Shown one piece after another: positions 1 through 8,399 of a stretch of DNA of 32,000 bases. Each line of letters opens with the position of its first letter. Position 1 is the stretch's first letter. A program made the translations under genes and the position numbers. Source of the stretch: an uncultured Chloroflexia bacterium (GTDB lineage: Bacteria; Chloroflexota; Anaerolineae; Anaerolineales; Anaerolineaceae); NCBI GenBank assembly GCA_963704755.1, contig OY969938.1:2280001-2312000 (forward strand). The letters are read 5' to 3'. The notes under the pieces were generated by a model. That model ran no database searches and was not told the origin of the DNA. It worked only from the letters and a program-made list of their open reading frames with translations.

Positions 1-30
1 GGGCTTCGCCCCCGCCAACACCTGTATTTT

Positions 31-1146
31 TTAATCAAGCCCGTTGAGGCTGCCGACTTTTTCCAGCGCCTCGCGGAAGTTCGCCCGCCCCAGGCCGATG
101 CGGAAATGCCCGCCGGGGAAGTCGAACATGCTGCCGGGCACGATCATGACGCCCTGCTCATCCAGGGCCTGCCGGCAAAAATCATCCACCGTGCCAGGGC
201 CAAGGTAGCGCGGGAAAGCAGTCGAGCCGGCCAGCGGCTGGAGCCATTCGAAGTGCTGCGGGCGAGCCATAAAAAACTGGCGGGCGGCCGCCAGGTTGGC
301 CTGGACGATACCCAGGCTGCGCTCCGCCACCGTTTGCCAGGCGCCCAGGGCGATGCGCGCCAGTACTTCACTGGGGGCGCTGTTGCAAATGGTGGTGTAG
401 TCCTTGAACGACTGGCAGCGCCGGATCAGGTCCTGGTCGCGGCTGGCCAGCCAGCCGATGCGCAGGCCGGGCATGGCAAAGGTCTTGGACAGGCCGCTAA
501 GGGTGACGGCCCGCTCGTAGCGATCGCACAGGGCCGGCAAGCGCCGGGCCGGGTCGTGCTCGAGCAGGCGGTACATCTCGTCGGAAAAGACGTAAATGCC
601 GCGTTTGCGCGCCATTGCGATGATCGCGGTCTGCTGGTCCAGGTCGAGCAGGTGACCGGTTGGATTGTGAGGAAAGTTGATCACGATCATCCGGGTATGC
701 TCATCCAGGCTGGCCTCCAGCCGGTCCAGGTCCACCTGCCAGGCGCCGCCCTGGGCCTGCAGCGGCCAGGGTGTGACCCGGCAGCCGATCGCACCGGCCA
801 GCTCGTACAGCGATTGGTAGGCCGGCGAGATCGCCACCACCCCATCGCCGGGCTCCAGTAGGGCGTACATCGCCAGAAAGATCAACTCCTCCGGCGCGGC
901 GATCAGCACGTCGTCAATATTGATGGAGGTGTACAGGGCGGTGACCGCCTGGCGCAGCAGCGGGTCGCCGGACGATTCGGTGTAGCCCAGGCTGAGCTGC
1001 TCCCAGGCGCGTAGGTCATCCGCGGATGCCAGTGCCAGCAGGTCCTTGACCGGGAAAGCCTCGCAATCCGAGGGGCTGAGCAGGTAGCGGACCTTGAATT
1101 CATATTGCGCGAAATAGCGCTCGAGTTTGAAGGGGGGTAGGTTCAT
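31..1146 (-). CDS. PLP-dependent aminotransferase (class I/II, fold type I)
   Basis: 371-aa ORF with NFPHNPTG and SGLSKTFAMPGLRIGW (SxxK PLP-lysine context), typical of class I/II aminotransferases. Substrate cannot be assigned from sequence alone. Confidence 0.85.
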   Translation of the reverse strand: MNLPPFKLERYFAQYEFKVRYLLSPSDCEAFPVKDLLALASADDLRAWEQLSLGYTESSGDPLLRQAVTALYTSINIDDVLIAAPEELIFLAMYALLEPGDGVVAISPAYQSLYELAGAIGCRVTPWPLQAQGGAWQVDLDRLEASLDEHTRMIVINFPHNPTGHLLDLDQQTAIIAMARKRGIYVFSDEMYRLLEHDPARRLPALCDRYERAVTLSGLSKTFAMPGLRIGWLASRDQDLIRRCQSFKDYTTICNSAPSEVLARIALGAWQTVAERSLGIVQANLAAARQFFMARPQHFEWLQPLAGSTAFPRYLGPGTVDDFCRQALDEQGVMIVPGSMFDFPGGHFRIGLGRANFREALEKVGSLNGLD

Positions 1147-1150
1147 GGGG

Positions 1151-1236
1151 GGAAGAGAAGAGATTAGGGAATAGAGAATAGTTAGCGGTTAGCGGTTAGC
1201 GGTTAGCTGTTAGGTGTTAGCTGTTAGCTGTTCGCC
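1151..1236. repeat. GA-rich module followed by eight tandem heptamers
   Basis: 1151-1182 GGAAGAGAAGAGATTAGGGAATAGAGAATAG resembles modules at 12822-12855 and (reverse) 13420-13462. 1181-1236 is GTTAGCG x3, GTTAGCT, GTTAGGT, GTTAGCT x2, GTTCGCC read directly. It lies just upstream of the aminotransferase start codon. Confidence 0.9.
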
Positions 1237-1382
1237 AGAAGATTAAGAGTATCGAAGGTAATTATAACGAAAAGACGACAATCTGCCAGCATGTAGGTTG
1301 GGTTGCGGGTTCTTTTATGGCGCCGGCATGCGGAAGGGCTTCTGTTTTGCCGGGCTTTTCCCGTAACCCAACGGGAGATGAT

Positions 1383-2280
1383 GGCCGGGGCTTCGCCCTC
1401 AGTAGCGTAGCTCGGGTTTCTAACCCGAGAAAGCGCCGGCCTGCCAGAACCCTGGCTAGGGAATCGGCTTTCGCCAAAAGAGAGACCCACGCAGGTGGGT
1501 CTTCGTGTACCTGTAGGTGCAGCTTTAGCTGTCGTAGACCCGGACAGAGATGCATGCCGAGCTACCCCCCGGCTTTGAAAGCCGGGCTACGCAGACGTAA
1601 GGCCCCGGCGACCGAGGTCGCGGCTGCAAAAAACACGAAGCCCGGCGCAGGCCGGGCTCAAGGTAGCGTAGCTCGGGTTTCAAACCCGAGAAAGCGCCGG
1701 CCTGCCACAACCCTGGCCAGGGAATCGGCTTCTGCCGAAAAGGAGACCCACGCAGGTGGGTCTTCGTGTACCTGTAGGTGCAGCTTTAGCTGTCGTAGAC
1801 CCGGCCAGAGATGCCGAGCTACCCCCCGGCTTAGAAAGCCGGGCTACGCAAACTCATCCCAACCTTCTTCCTGCGGAGGGCTCAAGGTAGCGTAGCTCGG
1901 GTTTCTAACCCGAGAAAGCGCCGGCCCGCCAGAACCCTGGCTAAGAGACCGGCTTTCGTCGAAAAGGAGACTCACGCAGGTGGGTCTTCGTGTACCTGTA
2001 GGTGCAGCTTTAGCTGTCGTAGACCTGGACAGAGATACATGCCTTGCTACCCTCCCGGCTTTGAAAGCCGGGCTACGTAAACTCATCCCAACCTTCTTCC
2101 TGCGGAGGGCTCAAGGTAGCGTAGCTCGGGTTTCAAACCCGAGAGAGCGCCGGCCCATCAGAATCCCGGCCATCAAACCGGCTTTCGTCGAAAAGGAGAC
2201 CCACGTAGGTGGGTCTTCGTGTACCTGTAGGTGCAGCTTTAGCTGCCACGGTCTTGGCCAGAGATACTTCCCTTGCTACT
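1383..2280 (+). repeat. Array of four head-to-tail structured repeat units of about 225-260 bp
   Basis: The anchor GTAGCGTAGCTCGGGTTTC occurs at 1402, 1663, 1887 and 2116 (spacings 261, 224, 229 bp). All units share the core GAGACCCACGCAGGTGGGTCTTCGTGTACCTGTAGGTGCAGCTTTAGCTG. All units have the CTCGGGTTTCNAACCCGAG and GACCCACGCAGGTGGGTC hairpins; units 1-3 also have CCCGGCTTTGAAAGCCGGG. Confidence 0.9.
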
Positions 2281-2315
2281 ATTTTTCATTTCCCCTTCCA
2301 GGCAAAGGGAAAGAT

Positions 2316-2369
2316 ACGGAAATTTGAGGTTAGTTGGGCCAAATAGCCCAACTAACCTCAAATTTCCGT
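2316..2369 (-). terminator. Perfect 24-bp-stem hairpin immediately 3' of the GNAT gene (possible terminator or repeat family member)
   Basis: ACGGAAATTTGAGGTTAGTTGGGC (2316-2339) pairs with GCCCAACTAACCTCAAATTTCCGT (2346-2369) and abuts the stop codon at 2370. The trailing U-tract is weak. Confidence 0.45.
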
Positions 2370-2894
2370 TTAACTCCTCGCCCCGGCAAATAAATCCAGG
2401 CTCCAGTCGTTGCAGCGCATGAAACTGCCTTTGGGATACTCGAATTCGTACTCCCCCTGCAAAGTAAAACCTGCTTTCCGGCAGATCGCGTTGGAGGCGC
2501 CGTTATCCACAGCCGGGTAGGCGTGAAGGAAGCGGTATTTCTTTTCGGATCGGGCACGGTCCACGATGAGGCGCGCAGCGGCGGTAGCAATGCCGCGCCC
2601 CTGAAATTCGGGAAGGACCGACCAGCCGGTTTCCCATACCTGCTGGCCCTGCCACTCTTTTTGCCAATACCCCACCGACCCGACCTGTGTCTGCTCGGGT
2701 CCCAGGATAATCGCAAATATGGGGTCTTGACCGGTTGCGCTGTCCTGGCAGTAGCGGGCGTGGCGGTTACGAATCTTTTCGGCCAACTCTGGCCCGCCGA
2801 GGTGCTCGGTCATAGCCGGATCGCCCAGCAGCCGTTCCAACAAGGGTAAATCGTCTTCTGCCCAAAGGCGGATGTCCACTTTAAGTTGTTCCAT
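2370..2894 (-). CDS. GNAT family N-acetyltransferase (RimJ/RimL-like)
   Basis: 174 aa with the acetyl-CoA-binding core QGRGIATAAARLIVDRA and the overall Acetyltransf_3-like pattern. Confidence 0.85.
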   Translation of the reverse strand: MEQLKVDIRLWAEDDLPLLERLLGDPAMTEHLGGPELAEKIRNRHARYCQDSATGQDPIFAIILGPEQTQVGSVGYWQKEWQGQQVWETGWSVLPEFQGRGIATAAARLIVDRARSEKKYRFLHAYPAVDNGASNAICRKAGFTLQGEYEFEYPKGSFMRCNDWSLDLFAGARS

Positions 2895-2965
2895 TTTTTT
2901 GTTCCTTTTCTACCGCTAAAAAACACCGATATTCCTTGGATAGCTGAACAGGCGCCGGCCATCGA

Positions 2966-3349
2966 TTATCCCATCAGTTCGACCAGATGTTTGCGATTTT
3001 CCGGCGCAGGATAGTCCTCGGGCCAGTATTCGACCTGTTTGCTGATCTTGCCATCCTGCACGGTCGTGAATGTAATTGCCCTGGCCTTGATCACGCCATC
3101 CGTAACGGAAACATCGCTCACGGCTTCCGTTTCGTTTCCCACGATGCGGTTGATGACGAAACGCCAGCGCCCGTGGGCCGGGTATTCTTCATTCATACGG
3201 CTGAAATTTTCTCGTCCGCGGATGCGTTCTTTGGATTGAGGCCATTCGAGAACGTAATCGTCGCTGAACAGTTCGCTGGCCAAACGGAAGTCGTTTGTGT
3301 TCATCCGCCGGAAGAATTCTCTAACGATTTCACTCGCTGCAGCAGCCAT
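2966..3349 (-). CDS. SnoaL-like / NTF2-fold protein
   Basis: 127 aa with an N-terminal EIVREFFRRMNTNDF...LFSDDYVLEWP pattern typical of SnoaL/NTF2-like small proteins. Function unknown. Confidence 0.7.
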   Translation of the reverse strand: MAAAASEIVREFFRRMNTNDFRLASELFSDDYVLEWPQSKERIRGRENFSRMNEEYPAHGRWRFVINRIVGNETEAVSDVSVTDGVIKARAITFTTVQDGKISKQVEYWPEDYPAPENRKHLVELMG

Positions 3350-3431
3350 CCTACTCCCTTCAGGTTTTTCCGTTCACCAATCCACTGGGTTAATTCTGCA
3401 CACTGTGAAACTGAAACACCAAATCACTGCA

Positions 3432-4625
3432 TCACTGTCTCACCGCATCCCCCAGATACTTCAACCCGCTGCCGGTGTTGAGCAGCACAATTTTATCGGC
3501 CGGCGAGAGCCAGCCGGTGGCCCGCAAATGCAGCAGCCCGGCCAGGTTGGCGGCGCCTTCCGGGGCGGCAAAGATCCCTTCCCGTTGGCCCAGGCGGCGC
3601 TGGGCCGCATCGATTTGCGCTTCGCTGACCGCCACGGCCGTACCGCCGCTCTGGTACAGGGCCGAAAGCACCAACCGGTCGCCAAAGCTCTTGGGTACGC
3701 GCAGGCCCGAAGCGCGGGTCTGGGCCCCTTGCCAGAAGGTACAGGTCTCGGCCTGCGCTTCGAAGGCGCGCACAAAGGGTGCGCAGCCGTCCGGCTGGAC
3801 GGCGACCAGGCGCGTCCGCGGGCCGGGTTCCAGCCAGCCCAGGCTTTCCAGCTCCTCAAAAGCCTTCCAGATGCCCGCCAGTCCCATGCCGCCCCCGGCT
3901 GGGTAGATGATCACGTCCGGCAAGCGCCAGCCAAAATGCTCGGCGATCTCGTAACCCATGGTCTTTTTGCCTTCCAGGCGGTAAGGCTCCTTGAAGGTCG
4001 AGACGTCGAACCAGCCTTCGCGGGCAGCGATCTCCCCGGCCAAACGGCCGGCGTCGCTGATCAGGCCGTCCACCAGGGTCACCTGGGCGCCGGCCATGCG
4101 GCATTCTTCCGCGTTGGCAAAAGGTGTATCCGCCGGCATGAGCACCGAGGCCGGCAGCCCGGCCCGCGCGGCGTAGGCCGCCAGGGCGCCGCCGGCGTTG
4201 CCGGCCGTGGGGATGATGACTTTTTCCACACCCAGTTCGAGCGCCCGCGAGACGGCCGCCGACAACCCGCGGGCTTTGAAGGTGGCAGTCGGGTTCAGGC
4301 TCTCGTCTTTGAGGTACAGCTCGGGCAGGCCCAATTCACTGCCCAGGTTGGCCAGGTGCAGCACGGGGGTATCCCCTTCGCCCAGGCTGACGATATGCTC
4401 GCTGTGCTGTACCGGCAGCAGTTCCTGCCAGCGCCACATCCCACGCGGGCGGGCGCGGAAGCGGTCCCGGTCCAGGCCGGCGCGGGCGGCTGCCAGGTCG
4501 TAGCGGGCCAACAGGGGGCTGTTACAATCCGGGCAAGCCCGGTTGAGCCCGGCGGCATCCAATCGCCGTCCACAATGCGAACATTCCAGATAGCTCAGGT
4601 AAGAATAAGTAGAAGATGCAGCCAA
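3432..4625 (-). CDS. thrC: Threonine synthase (PLP fold type II) with N-terminal Cys4 zinc ribbon
   Basis: 397 aa with the PLP-lysine motif NPTATFKARG and a glycine-rich loop PAGGGMG. The N-terminus has CSHC...CPDC. A related beta-replacement enzyme such as cysteate synthase cannot be excluded without phylogeny. Confidence 0.8.
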   Translation of the reverse strand: MAASSTYSYLSYLECSHCGRRLDAAGLNRACPDCNSPLLARYDLAAARAGLDRDRFRARPRGMWRWQELLPVQHSEHIVSLGEGDTPVLHLANLGSELGLPELYLKDESLNPTATFKARGLSAAVSRALELGVEKVIIPTAGNAGGALAAYAARAGLPASVLMPADTPFANAEECRMAGAQVTLVDGLISDAGRLAGEIAAREGWFDVSTFKEPYRLEGKKTMGYEIAEHFGWRLPDVIIYPAGGGMGLAGIWKAFEELESLGWLEPGPRTRLVAVQPDGCAPFVRAFEAQAETCTFWQGAQTRASGLRVPKSFGDRLVLSALYQSGGTAVAVSEAQIDAAQRRLGQREGIFAAPEGAANLAGLLHLRATGWLSPADKIVLLNTGSGLKYLGDAVRQ

Positions 4626-4636
4626 AAACGCCTCGT

Positions 4637-5710
4637 TTATGCGACTACTTCGACCACGGTTCCGCCGGGCATGCTGACGGTCTGCTCACCCATGTCGTAG
4701 GTTACTTGCGGCATGGACCAGCGAAAGATCCATTTGGCGTCGTCCGGGGCAGCGTTGACGCAGCCGCGCGAACGGGGCACGCCGAAGTCGTTGTGCCAGT
4801 AGGTGGAGTGGATGGCCTCGCCGTGCCCGGAAAAGAGCACCGTCCAGGCGATGCCGGGCAAATCCCAGCCGCCCCCACTGACCCCACCGCTCATGTGCAG
4901 CGAAATCAGCTTGCGGAAGGTGATGTGTGCCCCCAGCGGTGTGGAGGAATGGTCGAGCGGGTTGCCGTCCGGGTCGAATTTGACCCCCGAAGAAATCCGG
5001 CAGGCGTATACCTCCCGGCCGTTTTCCAGGCAGGTCAGCATCTGGTTGTTCAAATAAACTTTAATCCGTTTGTCCTCGACTTCGGGGTGAATGGGATCCA
5101 GCTCAGCGCGCGTCAAGGGCCGGAAACCCTCGGCCGGCGCCCAAAACATATCGCCGTAGCCGTATTTTTCCACCGCGCGGTAATAAACCTGCCCGTCCGC
5201 GCCGGTCTTGAGACTGTCGATCCAATAGACCTGGCTGTAATACAGCCGCGGGTGAGCGGTGTTTTTCAGCCAGGGCGCGTGCGGGCTGGGGCCATCCAGG
5301 GTCAGGTCCAGGTACGGCACGCTGACCTCGGCCCACATGCCGGTACCCAGCGGGCCGTCCGGCAGGCTGGCCAGCGGCTGGTTAGGCAGGTCACGGACCG
5401 GCTGCAGGAGCGGCGCATAAATGTAGCCCTCCGGAGTTTCCACCCAGCGCCGGCTGGTGGAGAGGTCGGTCTTGCCGCCAACCACCTCGCGCAGCCAGGC
5501 AAACACTTCATCCAGGGCCGGCTTACGGATGGGTTCTCCGTCCACAGCGGGCTTGGGGTAAATGGCGGCCGTACTGGCGCATATCCGTCCCAAACGTTCG
5601 GACTGCGGCCAGGCAGCCTGAACCCCATGCGGCCTGGGCAGCAACAATGCCGCGGCAGAAAGCGCGCTTAATCGCAGAAAATCCCGGCGGGAGAAAAGTC
5701 GACCGAACAT
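4637..5710 (-). CDS. Tat-exported L,D-transpeptidase (YkuD domain)
   Basis: 357 aa with a twin-arginine signal SRRDFLRLSALSAAALL...VQAA. The C-terminal YkuD catalytic motif is HSTYWHNDFGVPRSRGCVNA (His...Cys). Confidence 0.85.
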   Translation of the reverse strand: MFGRLFSRRDFLRLSALSAAALLLPRPHGVQAAWPQSERLGRICASTAAIYPKPAVDGEPIRKPALDEVFAWLREVVGGKTDLSTSRRWVETPEGYIYAPLLQPVRDLPNQPLASLPDGPLGTGMWAEVSVPYLDLTLDGPSPHAPWLKNTAHPRLYYSQVYWIDSLKTGADGQVYYRAVEKYGYGDMFWAPAEGFRPLTRAELDPIHPEVEDKRIKVYLNNQMLTCLENGREVYACRISSGVKFDPDGNPLDHSSTPLGAHITFRKLISLHMSGGVSGGGWDLPGIAWTVLFSGHGEAIHSTYWHNDFGVPRSRGCVNAAPDDAKWIFRWSMPQVTYDMGEQTVSMPGGTVVEVVA

Positions 5711-5797
5711 GATGACTACTATACCAAAAATTCAGGAATCTGATCAGCCCGACGGGCAAGAACCCCGGAATCGAGATGAGCCCGAGGCGTTACAAAT

Positions 5798-6808
5798 TCA
5801 GGAAAGCGGAGCCGGATCTTTCTCGATCAGCGGCTTGAGCAGTTCGACATCGGCGCGGGCCAATTCGCCGAATTCGTTATCCCCGCGGATCTTGGTGATG
5901 TTGCCGAAACCGCAGCCGGTCCAGAAGCGCAGCGCGTGCCAGTTCTTCAGCCCTACACCCACCCGGGCCTCGCGGAAACCGGCCTGGCGGGCCCGTCTTT
6001 CCAGGTCCTCGACCAGCTCGCGGCCCATACCGCTGCCCTGGCAAAAGGGACGCAGGAACAGGCTGCCGATATAAATCGTGTCTGGCGAAGGATAGCCAAA
6101 ATAAAGCGACAGGACTCCCAGGGTGTCGCGGCTCTCGGTCTCGCGGATCAGGTATAGCTTTTCACGCCAGGCCACCCCGCCCGGCGGCAGGACCTCGTGG
6201 CGCAGCGCCTGGGCGGCCAGTTCGGCCGGGCTGGCACTAAAACCGTTCAGGGCGATGATGCTGCTGTTCTCGTTGAACACCAGGGTAACCGCGTCCTGCA
6301 TGCCGGCGTTGGCCTCGATCAGGAAACAGCGTTGGGTCCCCCAGGTAGCCGGCAGGTAGTCGATCGGGCGGCCTTCTTTGCGCATCCAGTAATGCGTGTC
6401 GGTTTCGCTGACTACCGTAAACCCCAGGCGCAGGTAAAGCTGGCGGGCGGGGTTGACTTTGAGCACGCGCAGGCTGACCGGTAATCCCTGCGCCTCGGCC
6501 CGCGAGAGCAGGCCCTGGATCAATTGGGTGCCGATTCCCAGCCCTTGAAACTGGGGCAGCAGTTCGATGGTGGAAAGGATAATCCCGTGGGGCGTCTCTT
6601 CCACGGCGATCACGCCGGCATCCTTTTCCTGAAAACGGATGATCTGGTTCCCCCATGGTGAAAAATGTTCGGTGAAATAGCGATACTGAAAATCTTCGTC
6701 CCAGCCCCAGGTGTTGGCAATATAGGGCTTTATAGTTGCACAATGGAGCTGCCAGAGAAAACTGGCATCCTGCATATTGGCCGGGCGAAGCGCTATTTCC
6801 AGGTTCAC
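5798..6808 (-). CDS. Tandem (double) GNAT acetyltransferase
   Basis: 336 aa with two separate GNAT cores, QFQGLGIGTQLIQGLLSRAE and FCQGSGMGRELVEDLERRAR. Its start overlaps the upstream GT2 stop by 4 nt. Confidence 0.8.
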   Translation of the reverse strand: MNLEIALRPANMQDASFLWQLHCATIKPYIANTWGWDEDFQYRYFTEHFSPWGNQIIRFQEKDAGVIAVEETPHGIILSTIELLPQFQGLGIGTQLIQGLLSRAEAQGLPVSLRVLKVNPARQLYLRLGFTVVSETDTHYWMRKEGRPIDYLPATWGTQRCFLIEANAGMQDAVTLVFNENSSIIALNGFSASPAELAAQALRHEVLPPGGVAWREKLYLIRETESRDTLGVLSLYFGYPSPDTIYIGSLFLRPFCQGSGMGRELVEDLERRARQAGFREARVGVGLKNWHALRFWTGCGFGNITKIRGDNEFGELARADVELLKPLIEKDPAPLS

Positions 6809-7566
6809 ATCTTTCCCCGTAAGTGCATTACCCTCCAGGTTCGCCAGGAAACCTGCATAAATTTTAGCCCATGTTTGAGTGGGCTGATATGGCTTTTTTC
6901 GTCAGCGTAGATGGTGCGGATGGGCACCCAATCCAGCTTGTACTCGTTCAGGATGCACTGCACGATCATTTCGACCTCGAACTCGAAACCGCGCTCGTTC
7001 TCGCGCATGGCCAGCATGGTGTGCATCAGCCGCTCGCTGAGCAAGCGGTAACCGGACTGGTTATCCGGCACCGGCCGGCCCAGGGCCCAGGAAAAGATCT
7101 GTGTGCCAATGGTGTTGCTCATCCGGCGTACGATCGGCATCAGGCTAAAGTTGCGCCGCCCGATGATCAGGTCGGCGTTGTGCTGCGAATAGGCGTCCAG
7201 AAAGGCGGGGATCTCGGCCGGGTCGTGCTGGCCGTCCGCGTCCAGGGTGATCACCGCGCGGAAGCCATCCTGCAGCACCTGCTTGAAACCCGCCAGCAGA
7301 GCGGCGCCCTTGCCCTGGTTGGGCTGCTGGATTAGAACCTGCGCGCCGGCCGAACGGGCCGCGGCGGCGGTCTGGTCGGATGAGCCATCGTCCACCACCA
7401 GCACCGGCAAGTACGCGCCGACGCTTTGCACAACCGTGCGAATATGCTCAACTTCGTTGAAGGCCGGGATTAGAGCAGCAACCCCTTGTGTTGAGTTAGT
7501 CATAAAAGCAACCTGGTTTGTCGAAAATATGCTCCGGCATGTGGGATGGGGTCTGGCATCACTCAA
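6805..7566 (-). CDS. Family 2 glycosyltransferase (DPM1/GtrB-like)
   Basis: ALIPAFNE...VVDDGSSDQT...NQGKGAAL...TLDADGQHDP is a classic GT2 (GT-A) signature. The more probable start is the internal ATG at 7503 (MTNSTQG...), giving 6805-7503. Confidence 0.85.
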   Translation of the reverse strand: MSDARPHPTCRSIFSTNQVAFMTNSTQGVAALIPAFNEVEHIRTVVQSVGAYLPVLVVDDGSSDQTAAAARSAGAQVLIQQPNQGKGAALLAGFKQVLQDGFRAVITLDADGQHDPAEIPAFLDAYSQHNADLIIGRRNFSLMPIVRRMSNTIGTQIFSWALGRPVPDNQSGYRLLSERLMHTMLAMRENERGFEFEVEMIVQCILNEYKLDWVPIRTIYADEKSHISPLKHGLKFMQVSWRTWRVMHLRGKM

Positions 7567-7612
7567 TGTTAGCCGGAGTAATTACAGAACAGTAACTGCT
7601 TGACCTAATGGG

Positions 7613-7682
7613 TAAGAACCCCGAATTTGAGGTGTTTTCGGGGGCGAAGCTCCCGAAAACACCTCAAATTCGGGAACTTTTT
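7613..7682. repeat. Palindromic hairpin element (CCCGAATTTG...CAAATTCGGG family)
   Basis: CCCGAATTTGAGGTGTTTTCGGG (7620-7642) pairs perfectly with CCCGAAAACACCTCAAATTCGGG (7652-7674). The flanks GTAAGAAC / ACTTTTTAC are also roughly complementary. A related element lies at 23806-23878. Confidence 0.85.
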
Positions 7683-7717
7683 ACCAGGAGCTGGAGTAGT
7701 TACACAGAACAAATGAT

Positions 7718-8323
7718 TTATGGAGAGGATTGAAGCAAGTCTTTGTGGCTTAAAATAGCGAGCTTATTCAGCGGCCAGTAGATCAAAACGGCCCGCCCGA
7801 CCACGGTGCTTTCGGGTACGAATCCCCAGACATGGGAATTGGAGGAGCGGTTGCGGTTGTCGCCCAGCACGAAGAGCTGTCCGGCAGGGACATCCCAGGT
7901 ACCGACGTAGTCCGGCTCGGCAGCGATGTAGGGCTCGTTCAGGGTCACGCCATTGACCATCACTTTTTCGCCATCGATCTCGACGTGGTCCCCGGGCAGC
8001 CCGATCACCCGTTTGATGTAATCTTCGGGCGGCTGTTGGGTGTGATGAAAAACGATAATATCGCCGCGGTGGGGTTCACCAAACACGTACGAGAGCTTGG
8101 AAATAACCAGTAACTGGCCCTCGTAAAGGGTTGGCTGCATGCTGATATTTTCAACCCGTACCCGGTCGGTTACGGCACTGATGATGAAGTAAAGGATCAG
8201 GGCCAGCGCGACCGTTTTCACCATTTCCGTCACGAATTCAAGTGCCGGGGATTTGCCCTGTTCAGCCGGCGGCTGCTCTACACCAGGGATTGCAGGTTTA
8301 GACGATTCCATTTTTTCATCCAT
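7718..8323 (-). CDS. lepB: Signal peptidase I
   Basis: 201 aa with an N-terminal TM helix, the catalytic Ser box SMQPTL, the Lys box IKRVIGLPGD, and GDNRNRSSNSHVWGFV. Confidence 0.9.
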   Translation of the reverse strand: MDEKMESSKPAIPGVEQPPAEQGKSPALEFVTEMVKTVALALILYFIISAVTDRVRVENISMQPTLYEGQLLVISKLSYVFGEPHRGDIIVFHHTQQPPEDYIKRVIGLPGDHVEIDGEKVMVNGVTLNEPYIAAEPDYVGTWDVPAGQLFVLGDNRNRSSNSHVWGFVPESTVVGRAVLIYWPLNKLAILSHKDLLQSSP

Positions 8324-8399
8324 ACAGGGGGCATCTTATCACAAATCGGGCCAGATTGCGAGGTCGAGAGGCGCAGGATAAGGCAAGGGACGCTTTAAT

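Noticed and set aside
1181-1236. Telomere-like repeat (GGTTAGC resembles TTAGGG-type units).
   Set aside because: It is internal to a bacterial gene-dense region, has only 8 units with degenerate copies, and similar short-period tracts occur in other intergenic repeats of this window.
1402-1440. tRNA-like reading of the hairpin CTCGGG-TTTCTAA-CCCGAG (7-nt loop with TCT or TCA in the 'anticodon' position, TCA being the Sec/opal anticodon).
   Set aside because: No acceptor stem, D-arm (GCTC..GAGC) or T-loop (GGTTCGAATCC-like) can be drawn around it. The hairpin is just one module of the 225-260-bp repeat.
1383-2280. CRISPR array.
   Set aside because: The period is 224-261 bp rather than about 60-75 bp. 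The 'spacers' are themselves partly conserved, there is no short direct repeat/spacer alternation, and there are no cas genes in the window.
1317-2327. Long plus-strand ORFs (1317-1895, 1980-2327; also 8395-8592 minus) that repeatedly encode a Cys-rich peptide, ...ETHAGGSSCTCRCSFSCRRPGQRC. This is tempting as tandem RiPP precursors, given the radical SAM gene in the window.
   Set aside because: The peptide repeats only because the DNA unit repeats. Unit spacings of 224 and 229 bp are not multiples of 3, so unit 3's core is read in a different frame (MGLRVPVGAALAVVDLD). There are no start codons or RBS per unit, and conservation is at the nucleotide and hairpin level. The radical SAM gene is 25 kb away in a different operon.
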